59,598 nucleotides of DNA from Harriotta raleighana. Its lineage: Eukaryota. Made by a program: the position numbers and the translations under genes. Location: contig JBNZDD010013687.1 in the NCBI GenBank assembly GCA_050575255.1, positions 5,995,012 to 6,054,609 on the forward strand, in the 5' to 3' direction. Of the stretch, positions 1 through 13,910 are shown in pieces; position 1 is the stretch's first letter; each line of letters starts with the position of its first letter. A model generated the notes under the pieces. The model had not been told where the DNA came from. It ran no database searches and worked only from the letters and a program-made list of their open reading frames with translations.

Positions 1-119
1 GTTGCCCGCAAATACAATCAATTGACATTACAGAATTCACATTGAGAGATCTTAATGATGTGACATGATGCTGTATCCAATGAAAGGATTCTAATATATT
101 GTATTCATTTTATGCAACA

Positions 120-430
120 AAATAACCAAATTACATTTATATCACGCCTTTCACGTCAGGAGGACGGTTCTGAACAGTCATTGTTTCAGACCCGAGCTGG
201 GTCGGGGATGGGGAGGATGGAGGGAAAGGGGGAGGGGGGTGAGTATTTGGAGTGACCCAAGAATTTAGGACCATCAAAAAGGAGGGGCTTGAGTTAAGAC
301 TTGAAGGAGGCTCGGGAGGGGGCGAGGCGGAGGGACTGCGGGATGGAATTCCAACGGTTGGGGGCAGAGTGGCTGAAGATTTGTCCGCCAATGATGGGCA
401 GGGTGGGTCAGGGGATGTGGAGCAGGCTCA
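120..430 (-). mobile_element. L2 LINE 3' end fragment
   Basis: Reverse complement of the WNSIP...KT-LF segment and the same tail as 1168-1860. Confidence 0.8.
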
Positions 431-642
431 AGAAAAAGGCTGCTTGTATTTTCAAAGAGTAAAAATGACAAGGAAATCAACACATACAACAGAAATAAGA
501 TTTCTTTTCCTTATCTACTTTGTTCTTTTTCGTTCACATTGCAGTTCTTGGGATTAGCAAATTTACACCCGTGCGTGTGTGTCTGTTTGTGTGTAGAAAC
601 ATGCATTACAAACAGGGGAAGCCAAATGTTATTGGGACCTAC

Positions 643-787
643 GGGAGACACCCAGTCCTTCCTGAAATGTTCCCATTTACTGTACCCGTCAGATGACGGA
701 GGAACTTTAATCATCCGCTTATAGTTTTGCATCTGCATTTGGGAAAGTAATGGCAGCAAACAGATGCTTCCTGCTGCGCAAACAGGG
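643..787 (-). other. Candidate exon possibly containing a start codon (MQMQNYKRMIKVPPSSDGYSKWEHFRKDWVSP, phase 0)
   Basis: tctctgtattgttctctag|CCC ... CCC|gtaggt. The ATG at 738 gives 32 open codons to the donor. Product not recognised. Confidence 0.35.
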
Positions 788-1167
788 CTAGAGAACAATA
801 CAGAGAATCACGTCAATCAGGTTCCTTTGTGACTTGATTTTACTTCTTTTTTTAAAAAAATCACAACCATGGCAGAATGTGAATTCACCCATCAAATGCT
901 CAGCCACTACACTTGACAACAAAATCCCGCAAAGCGCTTTGAAACAGAAGGATGTTCTTCCCCTTAAATGTAGGGGCACCTCAGAATCTACAACGTTTTA
1001 TAAGTATAGTCTTCTTGCATCAGTTTCTCAGACAACTCATCTAAATATTTTCTTTTCAAAATAAGTGGGTGTATTGTATCTATTACATTTGATTTATGGC
1101 AATTCTCTTTTCAAAATGAGGCACTTCAGGAGATGTCCTCCTGATGTAAAAGGTGTTATAAACTTTG

Positions 1168-1860
1168 ATCACCTCCAGGCTTGACTACGGGAGGCCTCCT
1201 CGTCGGCCTTCCCAACTCCTCCTTTCGCAGGCTGCAGAACATTCAGAATTCTGCAGCCTGTGTACTCTCCCGCACTAGGCTCCATGACCAAATCACTCCC
1301 ACCCTTGCCCATCTCCACTGGCTCCCCATCCCCCAGAGGATCGACTTCAAGATCCTTGTCCTCACCTTCAAGACCATTCACTGCCTTGACCCCACCTATC
1401 TCTCTGACCTGCTGTCTCCCTATTAGCCTGCCCGCACCCTCCGTTCAGTATACTCAGGCCTGCTCCGTGTCCACCATCCAAACCGCCCAACCATCGGTGG
1501 CCGGGCGTTTAGCCTCTCTGCCCTCATATTATGGAACTCCATCCCACAGTCCCTCCGCCTTGCTTCCTCCCTTTCCTCCTTCAAGGCCAGCCTCAAGACC
1601 TTCCTCTTCAACCGCGCCTTCGGTTCCCCCCNNNNNNNNNNNNNNNNNNNNNNNNNNNNNNNNNNNNNNNNNNNNNNNNNNNNNNNNNNNNNNNNNNNNN
1701 NNNNNNNNNNNNTCCCCCCCCCCCCCCCAACTCTTCCCACTCTCCTTCCCCCTCTTCCTCCCCCCGACCCCCCATGCTCGGTTCCCAAAATGACTGTTCA
1801 GCGCTTTGGGATGTCCTCCCGACATGAAAGGTGCTGTACAAGTGTAATTTTGTTGTTGTA
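1168..1860 (+). mobile_element. L2-clade LINE, 5'-truncated (ORF2 C-terminus and 3' tail), spans the N-gap
   Basis: LLVGLP...LQNIQNSAA...HDQITPTLAHLHWLPIPQRIDFKILVLTFK...GGRAFS...LWNSIP...SFKASLKTFLF; tail CAGCGCTTTGGGATGTCCTCCCGACATGAAAGGTGCTGTACAAGTGTAATTTTGTTGTTG. Confidence 0.9.
1632..1712. other. Assembly gap (N run) in a poly-C tract
   Basis: Run of Ns in the sequence. Confidence 0.99.
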
Positions 1861-4209
1861 TATAAAAATGGAAAATCGTACTGTTTGTATGATGACCCAG
1901 GAGCAGAGAGAATGGTGGTTTATTCTAATTTTTAAATGATTTGAGTTTTTTTTTAAAAAAACAATCTTGTGGTAATGCTTCATATAGCTCAGAAAACACA
2001 ATCCAAAAGCCCCATCATAGAAGTGAGGTTGACTGGAAAAGCAAAGATATACCAAGCTCCCAGCCCTTGTTCGTACATTTTTAGATCCCACGGATTAAAA
2101 CAAAATCATTTCTAGCAAAAAAAATCATTCAGCCTGCATATTTTAAATTCTTGCTTCCAAATGTCACTGTTTCACCACACCACAAAAATGAGGACTTTGC
2201 CCAGATTTCATATGGTTTAGGAATCTGAAAAGTTCTATAGTAAGTTGCAACAATAACTCATCACATTTGACACAGCACCTCTCAAAAATTTCACAGGTTC
2301 CATTGCTGAAGCATAGTGACTGTATTTTGTGGATGTAAACAGCAGCCAATTTAGGCATGGCTATATTCAACAAATAGCCTTTTTTTTTGAAAAGTGATTA
2401 ACTTTTTTTGAAAAATTGGAGAGAAACATTGACCTGAGAAAACCTTTTAGAATGGGATCTTTCTTTCAGAATGGCATGTTTAACAGTCAGGCAGGCGGGA
2501 CCTCAATTTAAAGTCATAGAGTGCTAGCCTAGACAAGTTCAAAGTGCCGGTGTGTGGCTCAAACGCACAACCTCTGAAGTGAGAGTGTAATTAACTGAGC
2601 CAGGCTCTAAGACACAGTGCTTCTCTTGGGTATGAATTGCAGATCAAGCTGACCAGTGGAGCTGAATCCAAAGGCCTGGAAACAGCACAGAAACACACAC
2701 ATTTGGTTTCTAACTCAGGATTTGTGGTACAAATTTAAACTGGCCACGAGCCAAAATGTTTGCACTTTGCGTAGGTTTGTGTTGGAAAGGCTAATGAACA
2801 TTTAGTTACCTGCAATTATAAATCACACCCATACGTGTGAAACTCTGTTGAAACCATAGACTAAGTGGATACTTGATTTGTAAAGTATTATTTCTCCATA
2901 ATTCAAAGTTAATAAGGTTTAAGATAATGCAATATTAATTTTTAGATGAATTCGCGTTGGTGTAGCTATCCTGCTTTACTTGTATTAATAACATTACTGT
3001 GAGGAGAACACTGATAAAGTGACAGAGAGTTTGCACCATCCAAATCAGAAGAAAGTCAATTATCATCATCTCAGGGAGTTTCTAAATGACCAATAAATGC
3101 AGATGTTCTGGGATTACATCCTGCATTGAGACTTTGAACTCCATCTAGTTAACAGAGCAGTGCTTTGCTGGGGGAAACCGCTACATTATCAGAGGTGCTG
3201 TCCTTCATGTAAGACGTTAAAACAAAGCCTCATCTGCCAGGACATTAAAGAAATCATAATACTGTTCAAAAAAAAAAGGAAGTTTCTCCCAGTGTCCTGG
3301 TCAACACCACCTCAGATGAATTAATCATTCCCTTCATGGCTATTCGTGGAACATTGCTGTATGTAAACTGGCGAATGTGTTTGCCTACAAAATTCCTCCA
3401 GGCCCTTCTCTTTACATCAGTTACCCATGAAGAACTTTGAGTCACAGGCATTATAGGCATATCAAATAACAGCATTTATTTTAGGAACAAATCAATTATC
3501 ATTATTAATAAACACTACAGATAAAATGTTCTATTTCTGATCAGCAGAGTGTGCATCCTGGTGTAACTGCACATTTACCCAGGTTACCCCTCCCCACCTC
3601 CCCCCAAAAATCCATCATTCTCTAAACAAAGAGAAACCACTTTCACATCTGTTGTTCCCGAACATGATGTGGAGATCTCCCCAAGAACGCAACACTCCTG
3701 TGGGAGGAATGGTCTGACTCTCTCTCTCCACTCTGTGTCTGATCCAAGTTACATTAGCCACAATCAAATGCCCCCATTAAAGAAATTCAACATCCCACTC
3801 TTCATGTGCGTCGGATCAGTTAAGAGTCTGGGCCACACTCCAGTATGGAACCACAATGTACAACTGAGCCCAGCCCCGAGCTCCTATGGAGTATGCAAAA
3901 CACTCATTCAGCTAGAACTGAAAGTATAGGTCACTATTAGACAGTGGAGCAAAAACAGACCAATTCAAATAATACATATCCCTTGTGATTCACTTCCAAA
4001 GAGGAGGTACTGAGATTAAAGTTATTTTTGTTACAAAATGTACAAACACAAACATTGCTTAAGGGGGGGGAAGGAAGAAAATCAATTCAACTGACTTTTA
4101 TACTGAGCATCCATATAGTATAAATACAGTATAGCTTTTTTGTATAAAAGCTTCCATATGATGAAAAATAGAATTGTAACAATGCAAAAACAGCGGTTTA
4201 ACAGCTAAT

Positions 4210-4795
4210 ATTACCCGACTCCGCCACTACCTCATCCCTCAGGCCAGTGAAGCCCTCATTCATGCTTTCATCATGCCCTGGCTTGTTGGCCTTCCAAAAT
4301 CCATAATCTAGAACTGTGCGGCCCATGTCCTCCACCATGCCAAGCTTTGTAACCTCATCTTCCCCCATCCTCGCCCACCTCCATTGGCTCCCCATCACCC
4401 AGAGGATTCAATTCAAGATCCTGGTCCTCACATTAAAGCCCTTCAAAGCCTCGCCCCACCCTACCTCTACGACCCCCTATCAACCTGCCTGCCCCATCTG
4501 ATCAGCAGGCTCCGGCCTTCTCCATGTCTCCCAACCCATCCACTCTACCATGGGCAGCCGAGTCTTCAGCCACTCTGCCCCTAACCTGGAACTCCATCCC
4601 ACAGTCGCTCAGCTTTACCCCCTCCTTAGCCTCCTTCCAAGTCCCTCCTCTTCGACTGTCCCATCAGTTACCCCAAATCCCCGTTTCCCTCCATCCTCCC
4701 TGACCCCAGCTCGGGTCTGAAACAGTGACTGTCCAGCGCCCTGGGACGACCTCCTCATGTGAAAGGCGCTATACAAGTGTACATTTGTGTTGTAA
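4210..4795 (+). mobile_element. L2 LINE 3' fragment, degraded
   Basis: PILAHLHWLPITQRIQFKILVLT plus the conserved tail. Confidence 0.85.
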
Positions 4796-5152
4796 TATTT
4801 TCCAGTTTCACATTTTGCGTAGGGCAGACACATACCCACACACACACCCACACAGTAACTTCACTTTAAACTCCAGCACTGTACCAAATGAGCTTTGACC
4901 ATCAATGTGAGTTTAGCAGATAGTTCTAAAGTGCAGAGAGGGCATGACATTTTAGAGTTTCCACAAGTAAAGCACAATTTCCGTTGTAATGGTTGTGACA
5001 GTTAAGATCAACCAACCCACAACAATCTCTTCAGCACAGTGTGGCGTTTCGAAATACAAAATGCGCATTACAAAATACACAAATCACTTTAAGGAAAATA
5101 GCTAAACACTTTTGAAATGCTCTGAATGTTTTGACACTGTCAAAAGCAAGTA

Positions 5153-5976
5153 CAGTAAAACCTTGTTTATCCGTGACTCAAATAATCGGAAAACCTGTTC
5201 AACCGGCGTCTCAAAAAAAAAGTCCTGATTCGGTTAACTGGAAGTTATCCGGCACCACGTTTAATGTTGGGTCTAAACTCGTTCCTGATCTAAACTCGTT
5301 TTTAAAAGTAGCTTTTTTTTTAACACCGTTCTGATGAGTGCCTGCCGTTGGGAAGTTAAGTACTATATACATAATAAATACTGCTGCAGGTAGCGGCCAG
5401 AGAGAGAGGGAAGGAGGGAGAGGGGGTAAGGGGAATGGTGGAAACGGAGAGAGAGAGAGGAAGGGGGGGGGGGATGGAGAGACAGAGAAAGGGGGTGGGG
5501 AATGAGAGATGGGGGAAAGGGAGAGAGAGAGAGAGAGATGGGGGAAAGCATAATGGAGTGAGAGAGAGTGATGCAGGCAGGTTGATGCAGAAAGAGAGAG
5601 AGGGGGAGAGAGAGGAAAGGGACGGTGGGGAGGAGTGAGGATTGTGGACAGAATTTATATAACGGATTTAGATTGAATATCTTTGAGGCTCGGTCGGTCG
5701 GTCGGTGTGTGTTGGCCGTTAGGTCTTAACTCGCTGCTTTTTAAAGTCGCGTTTTGTTTTACCTCCATCGAATCAGTCCTGCGATTGTGAAGTTAAGTAT
5801 AAATAATAATTTATTAATAGAATATTCTGTTATTATTTAGTCCATTATCAATATGGTATGTGTTAAAAAAATTTTTTTTTTTTAAAAACAAAAAATTTCA
5901 AGCCGTTTCAACCGGAAAAAACATTTAACCACCACTAGCCAGGTCCCGTGGGTGCTGGATAAACGGAGTTTTACTG
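5153..5976. mobile_element. Non-autonomous Tc1/mariner (Tigger/pogo-like) element with an internal GA-rich tract
   Basis: Imperfect TIRs CAGTAAAACCTTGTTTATCC / GGATAAACGGAGTTTTACTG flanked by TA at 5151-5152 and 5977-5978. Confidence 0.8.
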
Positions 5977-8290
5977 TACTGTATGATGATTAATAAATCA
6001 CTTACACCACATCTGTTTCAATATGACCCACTTCAGGTTCTAAACTGGTAACAGTACAACTACTGAGACTCGGCATCTCATTTCAACATATACTGAATTT
6101 TGAGCAAACACACAAACCCCAAAGTAGGCCCTTTTCGGGAACAAAATGTTTTTGGTATTTTGCCTGCAAATATCCAGAGCAACAACAAAATTACATTTAT
6201 AAAGCATCTTTCACATCAGGAGGAGCATTAGTGCGTCAGGGCAGCAGTGGCAGCACATAGGAGATCTTGTGCAAGTTTCAACAGAACATAGTAACTCACC
6301 GACATTTCTGCTCTTACTTGTCATTGTTGCTCAATGTAATTAAATTCAAACAAAACAAGACAAAGCTCAGAAATTAAATTGTGTGATTCGAGACAAACAG
6401 CTCCAGAGCTGAACTGAGCTGGGGAAGGATTAACTGGGTTGCTAAAACCAGTGAAAGATTTTGCCATTGGTGCTATTCCGCATGGGATTAGTTTTAAAAA
6501 GCCTTACCAGAGAGAAAGAGGGAGCACTCCAAATTTATAAACCTTTAATATGAAGCATTTGAGGATTTAAGTAGGAATGAGATGATGAGGTATAATAATA
6601 TCTGAATTCAAAGAATAGCAGGGATTTTGCTGAGAATTTTTCATTGATTGGAAGTGGCGAAAAGCCGAAATGATTTGAGACATCCTCCCAACGTGAAAGG
6701 CACTATATCAAATGTAAGGCTGATTATTAAATACCACAACCTCCCTAATCCCACCTCATAACATTTGCCACATCAAATCGTTGGTTGTTAAGAAGTATCC
6801 CACATACTATAGTTTCTGTGCCATTCCATTTGCAGGGAGAATTCAGGAAAACATGTTATGGGCAGAGGGCTACAAAATTAAAACAATAATAATAAATAAT
6901 AATAACATGGGTGCTGCCTGACCTGATGTGTGTTCTCAGGGACTTCTGTCTTATCATTAAAAAAAACTTAGATTTGACATAGTCCCTTATTATATCGTTG
7001 AGATGTCTTAATGCAATTCCTCCCAAAATACTGTAAATGTTGTGTGCAAAACACAGGAGCCAAGCTGTGTCCCATAAACAGTCTTGGATTGAGTGACCAC
7101 TTTAAAAAATATTTTAATTTAAATACCTCAACCTTGCCTAGAAGGTACAGAGTGAGAAAGCACCACTCCCAAAAGCAAAGAGTCATTTCCTCAAATACTC
7201 AGCAAGTGTCACAATTCCATCATTTTTGACCTGTTGCAAGTAACAAAGGTGGGTGGGGATTCAAAATAGAAATAGTTTCTGAATGGAATGCAGTGGGGGG
7301 AAGACAAACCCACAATAAATGTGATGGGAATATCCCACTTTCAGGGCTTTGACTGCATTTCTTAGCTGCGAGATCACAGCACTATTCCAAAAGTAAAGAG
7401 AGTTTCTCCCGGTGTCCTGGCCATCGAATATTCTCCCCAAATAAAATTGACTGTTGGTGGAATACGATTGAGTGCAATTTTGCCCACAGAATACACGGTC
7501 GATCCACTTTAAGGTGTATCCTATGAAGCATTTTGAGACGTCTTAACGATATGATAGGCCAAAGGCAAGGTTTAGTACAATAGATCAATTTATTTGATTT
7601 TAAACAGAAAGACTCAAATGATGACTTCAGGGGTTATTTCAGTGTTCACTGCAAGTCACCTACAACAGCAAGTGCTCTAACCACTGAACTACAGGACACC
7701 ACATGAAGCAGGACACAGGCTCAAGGATAATAACCGAAAGGCCCTCTGGGTGTGAAGGTTAGGGCTATTTATATAAATTTACAACTCATCTAGAAACGAT
7801 TTTTAAAAATATCTACCTCATAAGATAAGATAGCAACTGGTACTTATACAGTTCCTTTCATGCAATGCCTCAAAGGACTTAAATATGGATTGTCTTCCTT
7901 TTCCCCCTGCCTACAGAGACCTACGATTTGGGATCTCCCCATCTGCAGGAAGCCACATTATTGACGTCAGCGACTCCATGGGAAAACCTTGCAGATTAGC
8001 AGCCCTTCCAAGACAGGACACTAACTGGAAGCCACCCGAGACCAGAAATCCAAGCCCCATGTGGCAACAAGGTTCTTGACAGGATGAGAAGAAATCAATA
8101 ACTGAGTGCCTTCACTGAACTATATTAACTTTCATTACAGTGGAGGCAAAACGCCAACTAAAATCAAGTTTAACCAGTTTAAAAGAACACAGCCTGCTCA
8201 CCATTCTCAAAGAGCAGCTCAAGAGTAGCAATCAGTCTGAGGAGCTATCCTGCATGTTCTAGACATTTAAATCTGGTTAAACGCTTGTAC

Positions 8291-8584
8291 CAAGTACAAT
8301 TAAATGCTTTTAAATACTATTATCCTCATTTTTCCATGTTTCTGTTTTAGGTGAGTCCATGGGGCAAAATAAAACAGGTGCAATAGGTCTTTGTGAACAC
8401 CATGAACTTTGAATCGCAAACGTCTGGGTTTGTATCTCGATGGATTTGAACCAATCAGCTCTGGCTTTCGATTGATAAAATCAGTAATTCCAGCAGTTCT
8501 AAAAACATTCCTTAATACCCAAGCGAGGAGAGAAGATGACAAGCATGGCCTTTTGGAGGCTGAACTGGCTCCAGGGAAACACCC
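8291..8584 (-). other. Candidate exon (3' boundary uncertain)
   Basis: ttatctgtctttgacag|GGGT acceptor and possible donor TTG|gtacaa; unique, repeat-free sequence. Confidence 0.25.
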
Positions 8585-9107
8585 CTGTCAAAGACAGATA
8601 ATCCAGAGAAAAAACACAGATATGCAGTCATGCCCTACCAGCGAAAGCATTAGCAATTAGGGCTGTCCTAGGCAGACAAGTATAGTGTGGTAGTGCATAG
8701 TTACCAAAACCATTAATAATTTACTTTCAGTAATACTATTATCTACATAACTGTAACCCCACCTGCTCTCTTCAATCCTCTGCAGCGATGTCCACAGCCA
8801 AACCACTCCAGCTCTAAAACAAGGTCAGACCTCAACAGTTAAACTGTTCTCTTTCAGATATACTGACCTGCTGTGCACTGACTACAGATTTATATTTACA
8901 GTTTTAATCCCCACAAAATAATCTCTATAAAAGTTAATGGGAAATGCATTTAATGATGTGATGAAAATTAATTTACAAATATATATATATATTTATTGAA
9001 AGCACACACACAATTCATTGCCCAACAGCAATGAAAAGCTGTTAACACTATGGATATCCACCAAAGTCTCCAAAAATTAAACTTGCCTTGAAAATCCATT
9101 CACTGAC

Positions 9108-9221
9108 CTTAAGTCACAGCATTTGTCGCTCATCTTTCCGTTTCAGTGACCCCCATTTTATCCTTAATCCCCAAGGACAAGCTGTTACATTGTTGTACGC
9201 CAGCAAGAGTAATGATCCTTT
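9108..9221 (-). other. Candidate non-coding exon
   Basis: tcctctctctttctctcag|AAAG ... TAAG|gtcagt; both sites near consensus; stops in all frames. Confidence 0.4.
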
Positions 9222-11503
9222 CTGAGAGAAAGAGAGAGGAGTGCAAGTGACAGAAAGAGAGAGAGAGAAAATGAAAGAAAGGCAGAGAAAGAGACATGGG
9301 GAGGCAGAGAGGAGAGAGAAAGAAAGAACAGCTTCAAACACCACTGAAACATCTAATGATTTTTCCACAGCCAAAGGGCAAAATTCTCACAGATACTGAA
9401 TGTGCGCAAACATGGTAATGCTGACCGACCACTGTGTAATACGAACAAAAAGTCACTGGCGGATCAGCTTCAAAAAGTAAACATGGTTTTGGATTCCGGT
9501 TCCACACAAAGAAAAGGCATAAGATTTTGATCCAAGCAAGCAAGCATCCCTTTGTTTTAAAGCTCCTCATCACCCAAGAGAAACAAATGTCATTGGAATC
9601 TTAGTAAACAGGCGTATAACCTGCTGCAAGAGTTAAATTAATGCAATAACTATACCTCAAAAAGATCTTTGATAGATCCATTGGATCAGGCAATTAAGCA
9701 AACCAATGCCCATTGTCCGTGCACTCTTTGAGCAGCGGGGTATGGCTGCAAGCTGCTGGTAACCTGAACACTTAGTTTAGCTTGAGCCAGCGCCTTCCCA
9801 ATTCAGAGGAACCAGGCAGTGGAAATCCCCCAGCGCTACTGAGGGACAGATGACCCGGGTGGAATTGCTGGGAGAATTCCTGCAGAGGTTCGGAACTGCC
9901 TCTTCCAGCGATGGATAGTCAAATAATTTGAGCTGATGGGGGCATGGCAGCTCTCAGGATTAGTTGCCTAAATTCAATAGTGAATGGAATAATGCGTGGG
10001 AGGGACAGGGTAGAGGCATTTTCGAAGAAACAACTGATAGCACAGCTCTGAAAAAGAGACACTGAATATACCAAATCCTCTCAAACAGGTGCAAGAACAC
10101 AAGGCAGGAAGGGGGGAGGGGGTGGAGAGAATAGAAAGGAATTGAAGGAGGGAATGGCCTTCATTGGCCAGCTGTTACTACTTGTGGCAGTGCAGCGAAC
10201 CAAACTCGTCCAATAACCTTCCAGCTGCAATATTAAGAAGTGGAAAGCAGTGAAATGCACGGAATCTGCATGCAAAACAGCATGGGTCAGGTAGTTTGAG
10301 GATTGTCAGTTACTATTGCAGTCAAACTGCACACAGCACAGGGCAGGCCTGAATGCACAGACTTCACAAGGAAGCACAGCTGATTCATGCCATCTGGAAG
10401 CTCGACTTGCAAATGGATACGAATTTAAGTTGCTTGACCATCCCCCCACTCCCATCTCCCCACAACCCTATCCCGCCTCCTCTGAGCCCAATCCAAAGGG
10501 TAAAGGTCACACTTCAGGACAATGGCTTTCCACTCTTATTACACATGGCATAGTCAATTCCATCAAAGTTTGGGGAGGAAGTCCAAGCTAAATTAGGCTA
10601 AATATTTAATTGCCTGATATGCATATTGGAACCTTTCTCCATCGCCGTGCCTTTTACAGGAGGATATGGCAGCAATTTATACAGGACGTTTGTTTTCCCT
10701 CATTTTCTCCTCCTTTTCCTTCTTTCCACTAAGGTACAAATCACCTTCTGTGGCCACAAAGTGCGCATGATCAGCGCTCCAGACAGTGGTTGCTGGCATC
10801 ACAACCAGGCCGAATCGTGCCCTCTCATTTGCTTCATTGCTGTCTGTGAGACATTGCTGCAAATGACGGTCACTACGCAGTAGTGAAATCCTTTACAGTA
10901 AACCCCATGAAAGCATTTTAAGGCATCCTCTTAGCACAAAAGACATAATATCAAACACAATGATTATTTATTATTATTAATAAATGCTCAATTTCGATAA
11001 CCATTTGTAGCCAACTAATAATGATGCACTGCAAAAGGTAATACAGCAGGACACAAAAAATAATTTGCAGTCGAATAGAGTTTCCGAGTAAGATTCAACA
11101 AAAGGTAACCAAAGCCCAGTTGCACTTTATAAATTAAGGCTTGTAAACCGCGAGCACTATTAACTGTAGGTTCAGGTTCTTGTACAAAAGAGTCTTGTGG
11201 AGTGCATTGCACACATGTACAATCTCTACCCCCACGCAATCAGCAGCACATTAAATCCCCCTGGACACAAGCATGCAAATATTTGTGAAATAAATCTAGT
11301 GTTTGAAAGCAAGCTACATTTACTTTTCACCAATGTGTACTTTTTGTGCCAGTGTTACCAAGGTGATTTGCCGCTAACTTACAAATTTAGTATCTCGACA
11401 AGACTGTGGAATCACGAAGTGGAGTGAAACAGTATCAGGACCTCAGTATAACATGGTCCATGCTGAGATTCAATTGATAACGCACACTGCATCCCCTGTA
11501 TTT

Positions 11504-11820
11504 GGAGCTCCTGTGGTTCAGTGGTTAGAGCAGTCGCCTTACATGCCTTACAAGCATGAGACCTGTGTTCGAAACCAGGCAGATCAGGGCGAAACCTTGG
11601 GCAAGTTTCCTTACTCCACATGCCTAATAATAATCCCTCCAAAAAAACCACAATAATAAAATTGGTCATTTCAATCTATGACTGTTTGTGGGACACTGCT
11701 GTGCGCAATTGGCTGCCGCGTTCTGCCCACAAATATACAGTCAATTCACTTTTCAGTATATTCTGCGAAGCGCTTTGGGACGTTGATGTGATCAAATGCA
11801 AGGATTATTATTATTATTAT
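11504..11820 (+). mobile_element. tRNA-derived SINE (short family; shares the 3' part of the Deu domain; tail type A)
   Basis: A-box TGGTTCAGTGG, B-box GTTCGAAACC, body TGTTTGTGGGACACTGCTGTGCGCAATTGGCTGCCGCGTT, tail CAAATGCAAGGA(TTA)n. Confidence 0.9.
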
Positions 11821-12985
11821 TTAACAGCACCAGGTACAACTACAGGTATCCCCCGATTTACAACGTATCTATTTGCACAGTTTTGATTTAACAAATATTT
11901 TTTAAAACCTTTTTATCGATATATGACATTTTCAATAAAAAGCACCAGGCTGGTTTCCTTCTTAAAAGTTGCAATGGTTCCGAGTACTGTACAATGTTTC
12001 ACGTCAATTGAATAAAATTGCCACAGAAAAATCCATTCACTCCCCATTGAGGTCAGAGAAGCTTATACCACTGTATATTCCTTTCTCCAAGCCAAAAGCT
12101 TCTGTTCTCAAACCTGGCAGGAAAGGTTTGAAATACTGATTGATGTGCTCTCATTTCTTCTGAACCTGAAAGGCTGCGACTAGCTTTAAAATCGCATCAG
12201 AGCAGAGGCATATAAGGGAAGGTACACAGGTACACATTACGTCTAACTCAGCACTGACAAGCCATTTCCGCTCCCATTGCAATCATTGTTGTGTTTTATA
12301 ATGATAATAATTCCTGCATTTGATTTGTCATATCATTAAAACATCTCAAAGCGCTTCGCAAGATTTTACTGCGAGGTACAGTGTATTCGTGGCCAATCTG
12401 CACACAGGAAATGTCCCACAAACAGCTGAATAGCATGCTTGGAAACTACAAGTCAAGGGCAGGTTTGTGTTGGTGAAGTTAACATTGCAACAGAGCAAGC
12501 TTATCCAGAGAACAGCTAGGTACTGATTGGCTGGTCCCTCAGTTCTGCTAATGCAAAGAACAAGCAAGTTAGCTTGGTTAAAGATTGCTTCCCCATTATG
12601 TTTTTTTTCTAGCTCTAGCCACAACCTCAATGGTTTGAGGATCGCAAAAAGAGCAAACAGAGTCGACTTTTTTTGCCCACAAAGAAAAGGATTTCACAAT
12701 GTTGCTGTAGGAATTCCAACTCCTGTGACTTTACTGTGACAAAGAAAAGCCATTCTGAAGGTACCCATTACCTGTGTCGTCACCAACAGCATCAACCCTT
12801 CCCCTGGCAAACTTCCCTGGGATACAGGAAAGCTCCAGTGACTCGTATTTCTGGGGATGAACATCAAGCTCATCATGTTTCCTCCTTTGTCTTTGTAATG
12901 CATACATCAAAAATTGACCCTGTTAAGCCTCCCTACCCACCCCTTTCCTACCCTCACTAACCCCCCGCCCTGCCCCCACGCCCAC

Positions 12986-13132
12986 CTGCTCGGTCAGCTG
13001 CAATACTCGCTGAGGTCCCAGATGGAGTCTTCCTTTCTACCCAGAACAAAAAGCAACGAGGTCACCCACATATGCCGGCCAGCAGCCTATGAACAGCACG
13101 CAACCAGAAGGAAAAGTCGCACAGATGGGATT
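12986..13132 (-). other. Candidate non-coding exon
   Basis: ttttactcttttctgtag|AATC ... GCAG|gtgggc; stops in all three frames. Confidence 0.35.
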
Positions 13133-13619
13133 CTACAGAAAAGAGTAAAACTGCTTCACAGGCGACATTACAATGACGTGACCTCTCCTGCTTTGTCTGT
13201 GACCACTCAAAGCCATACCCTTCTGGGTTCGGTCCGAAAAGGAAAGACATTGACCGCACAACCTGGAGGCGTCTGTGATACGATGTGAGGCATCAAAACT
13301 GACAATTCAGTTAACTGGTGCGCAAGTCACCCAATGATGCCCTGTCACCCCTAGGATAAAGAGAAGGCAATCACTTCTCAAAACATAAAGCCACTCACTA
13401 TTCAATCTCTTAGCCTCCTCATGCAGAGCTGTTGTAATCCTTTTCTAAAAGCCTCCACCATCTAATGAATGCAAATACTTGCTCTGCCCTAACTTTGTCC
13501 AAACAGCTTTCATTGGAAGAACTCCCCTTCCCCCCCACAACCCCCAACCCAATGGCAATGAGGTTAATTGTAACTGAGATTAGCTGTAACTCAGCACAGA
13601 CCCTGGTATCAAACCCAAA

Positions 13620-13910
13620 CCCAATAGAGATGTATAAAATTTTAAATGGGATCAGGACCAATACTTCAAGAATGTATCAAGATAGTAGAGGACATAGATT
13701 GAGTTGTAAAGGGTAATTTCAGGACAGATACCAGGATGTGTTTTTCTTTTTCTTTAACCCACATCTGGAACAGGTTGCCAGAAAAGATAGTAAAGGGTAA
13801 CACACTAACTTAAAAAGATGCTTGACACAGTGATGGGAGTAGGGAGGGTAGGTTGGATATTCTGCGGGTGATGGGCTTGGTTGAGGCTGAAAGGTCTTCA
13901 TCCAGGAACC
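13620..13910 (+). mobile_element. Highly degraded CR1-clade LINE 3' fragment
   Basis: IEMYKILNG...SRGH-L motifs typical of the CR1 ORF2 C-terminus. Confidence 0.55.

Noticed and set aside
8300-8584. ORF with RYKPRRLRFK resembling the PTP4A/PRL phosphatase C-terminus
   Set aside because: No HCxxGxxR catalytic motif, no NSKQLLYL segment and no CAAX end; treated as chance.
11504-11580. tRNA genes at the A-box/B-box sequences (also 16890, 32246, 46600, 52040, 54330, 56188)
   Set aside because: Each continues into the same SINE body and tail and has disrupted stems; these are SINE heads.
11843-11900. TA|CAGGTATCCCCCGATTTAC Tigger-like terminus
   Set aside because: I could not find a matching right-hand TIR, so element boundaries cannot be supported.
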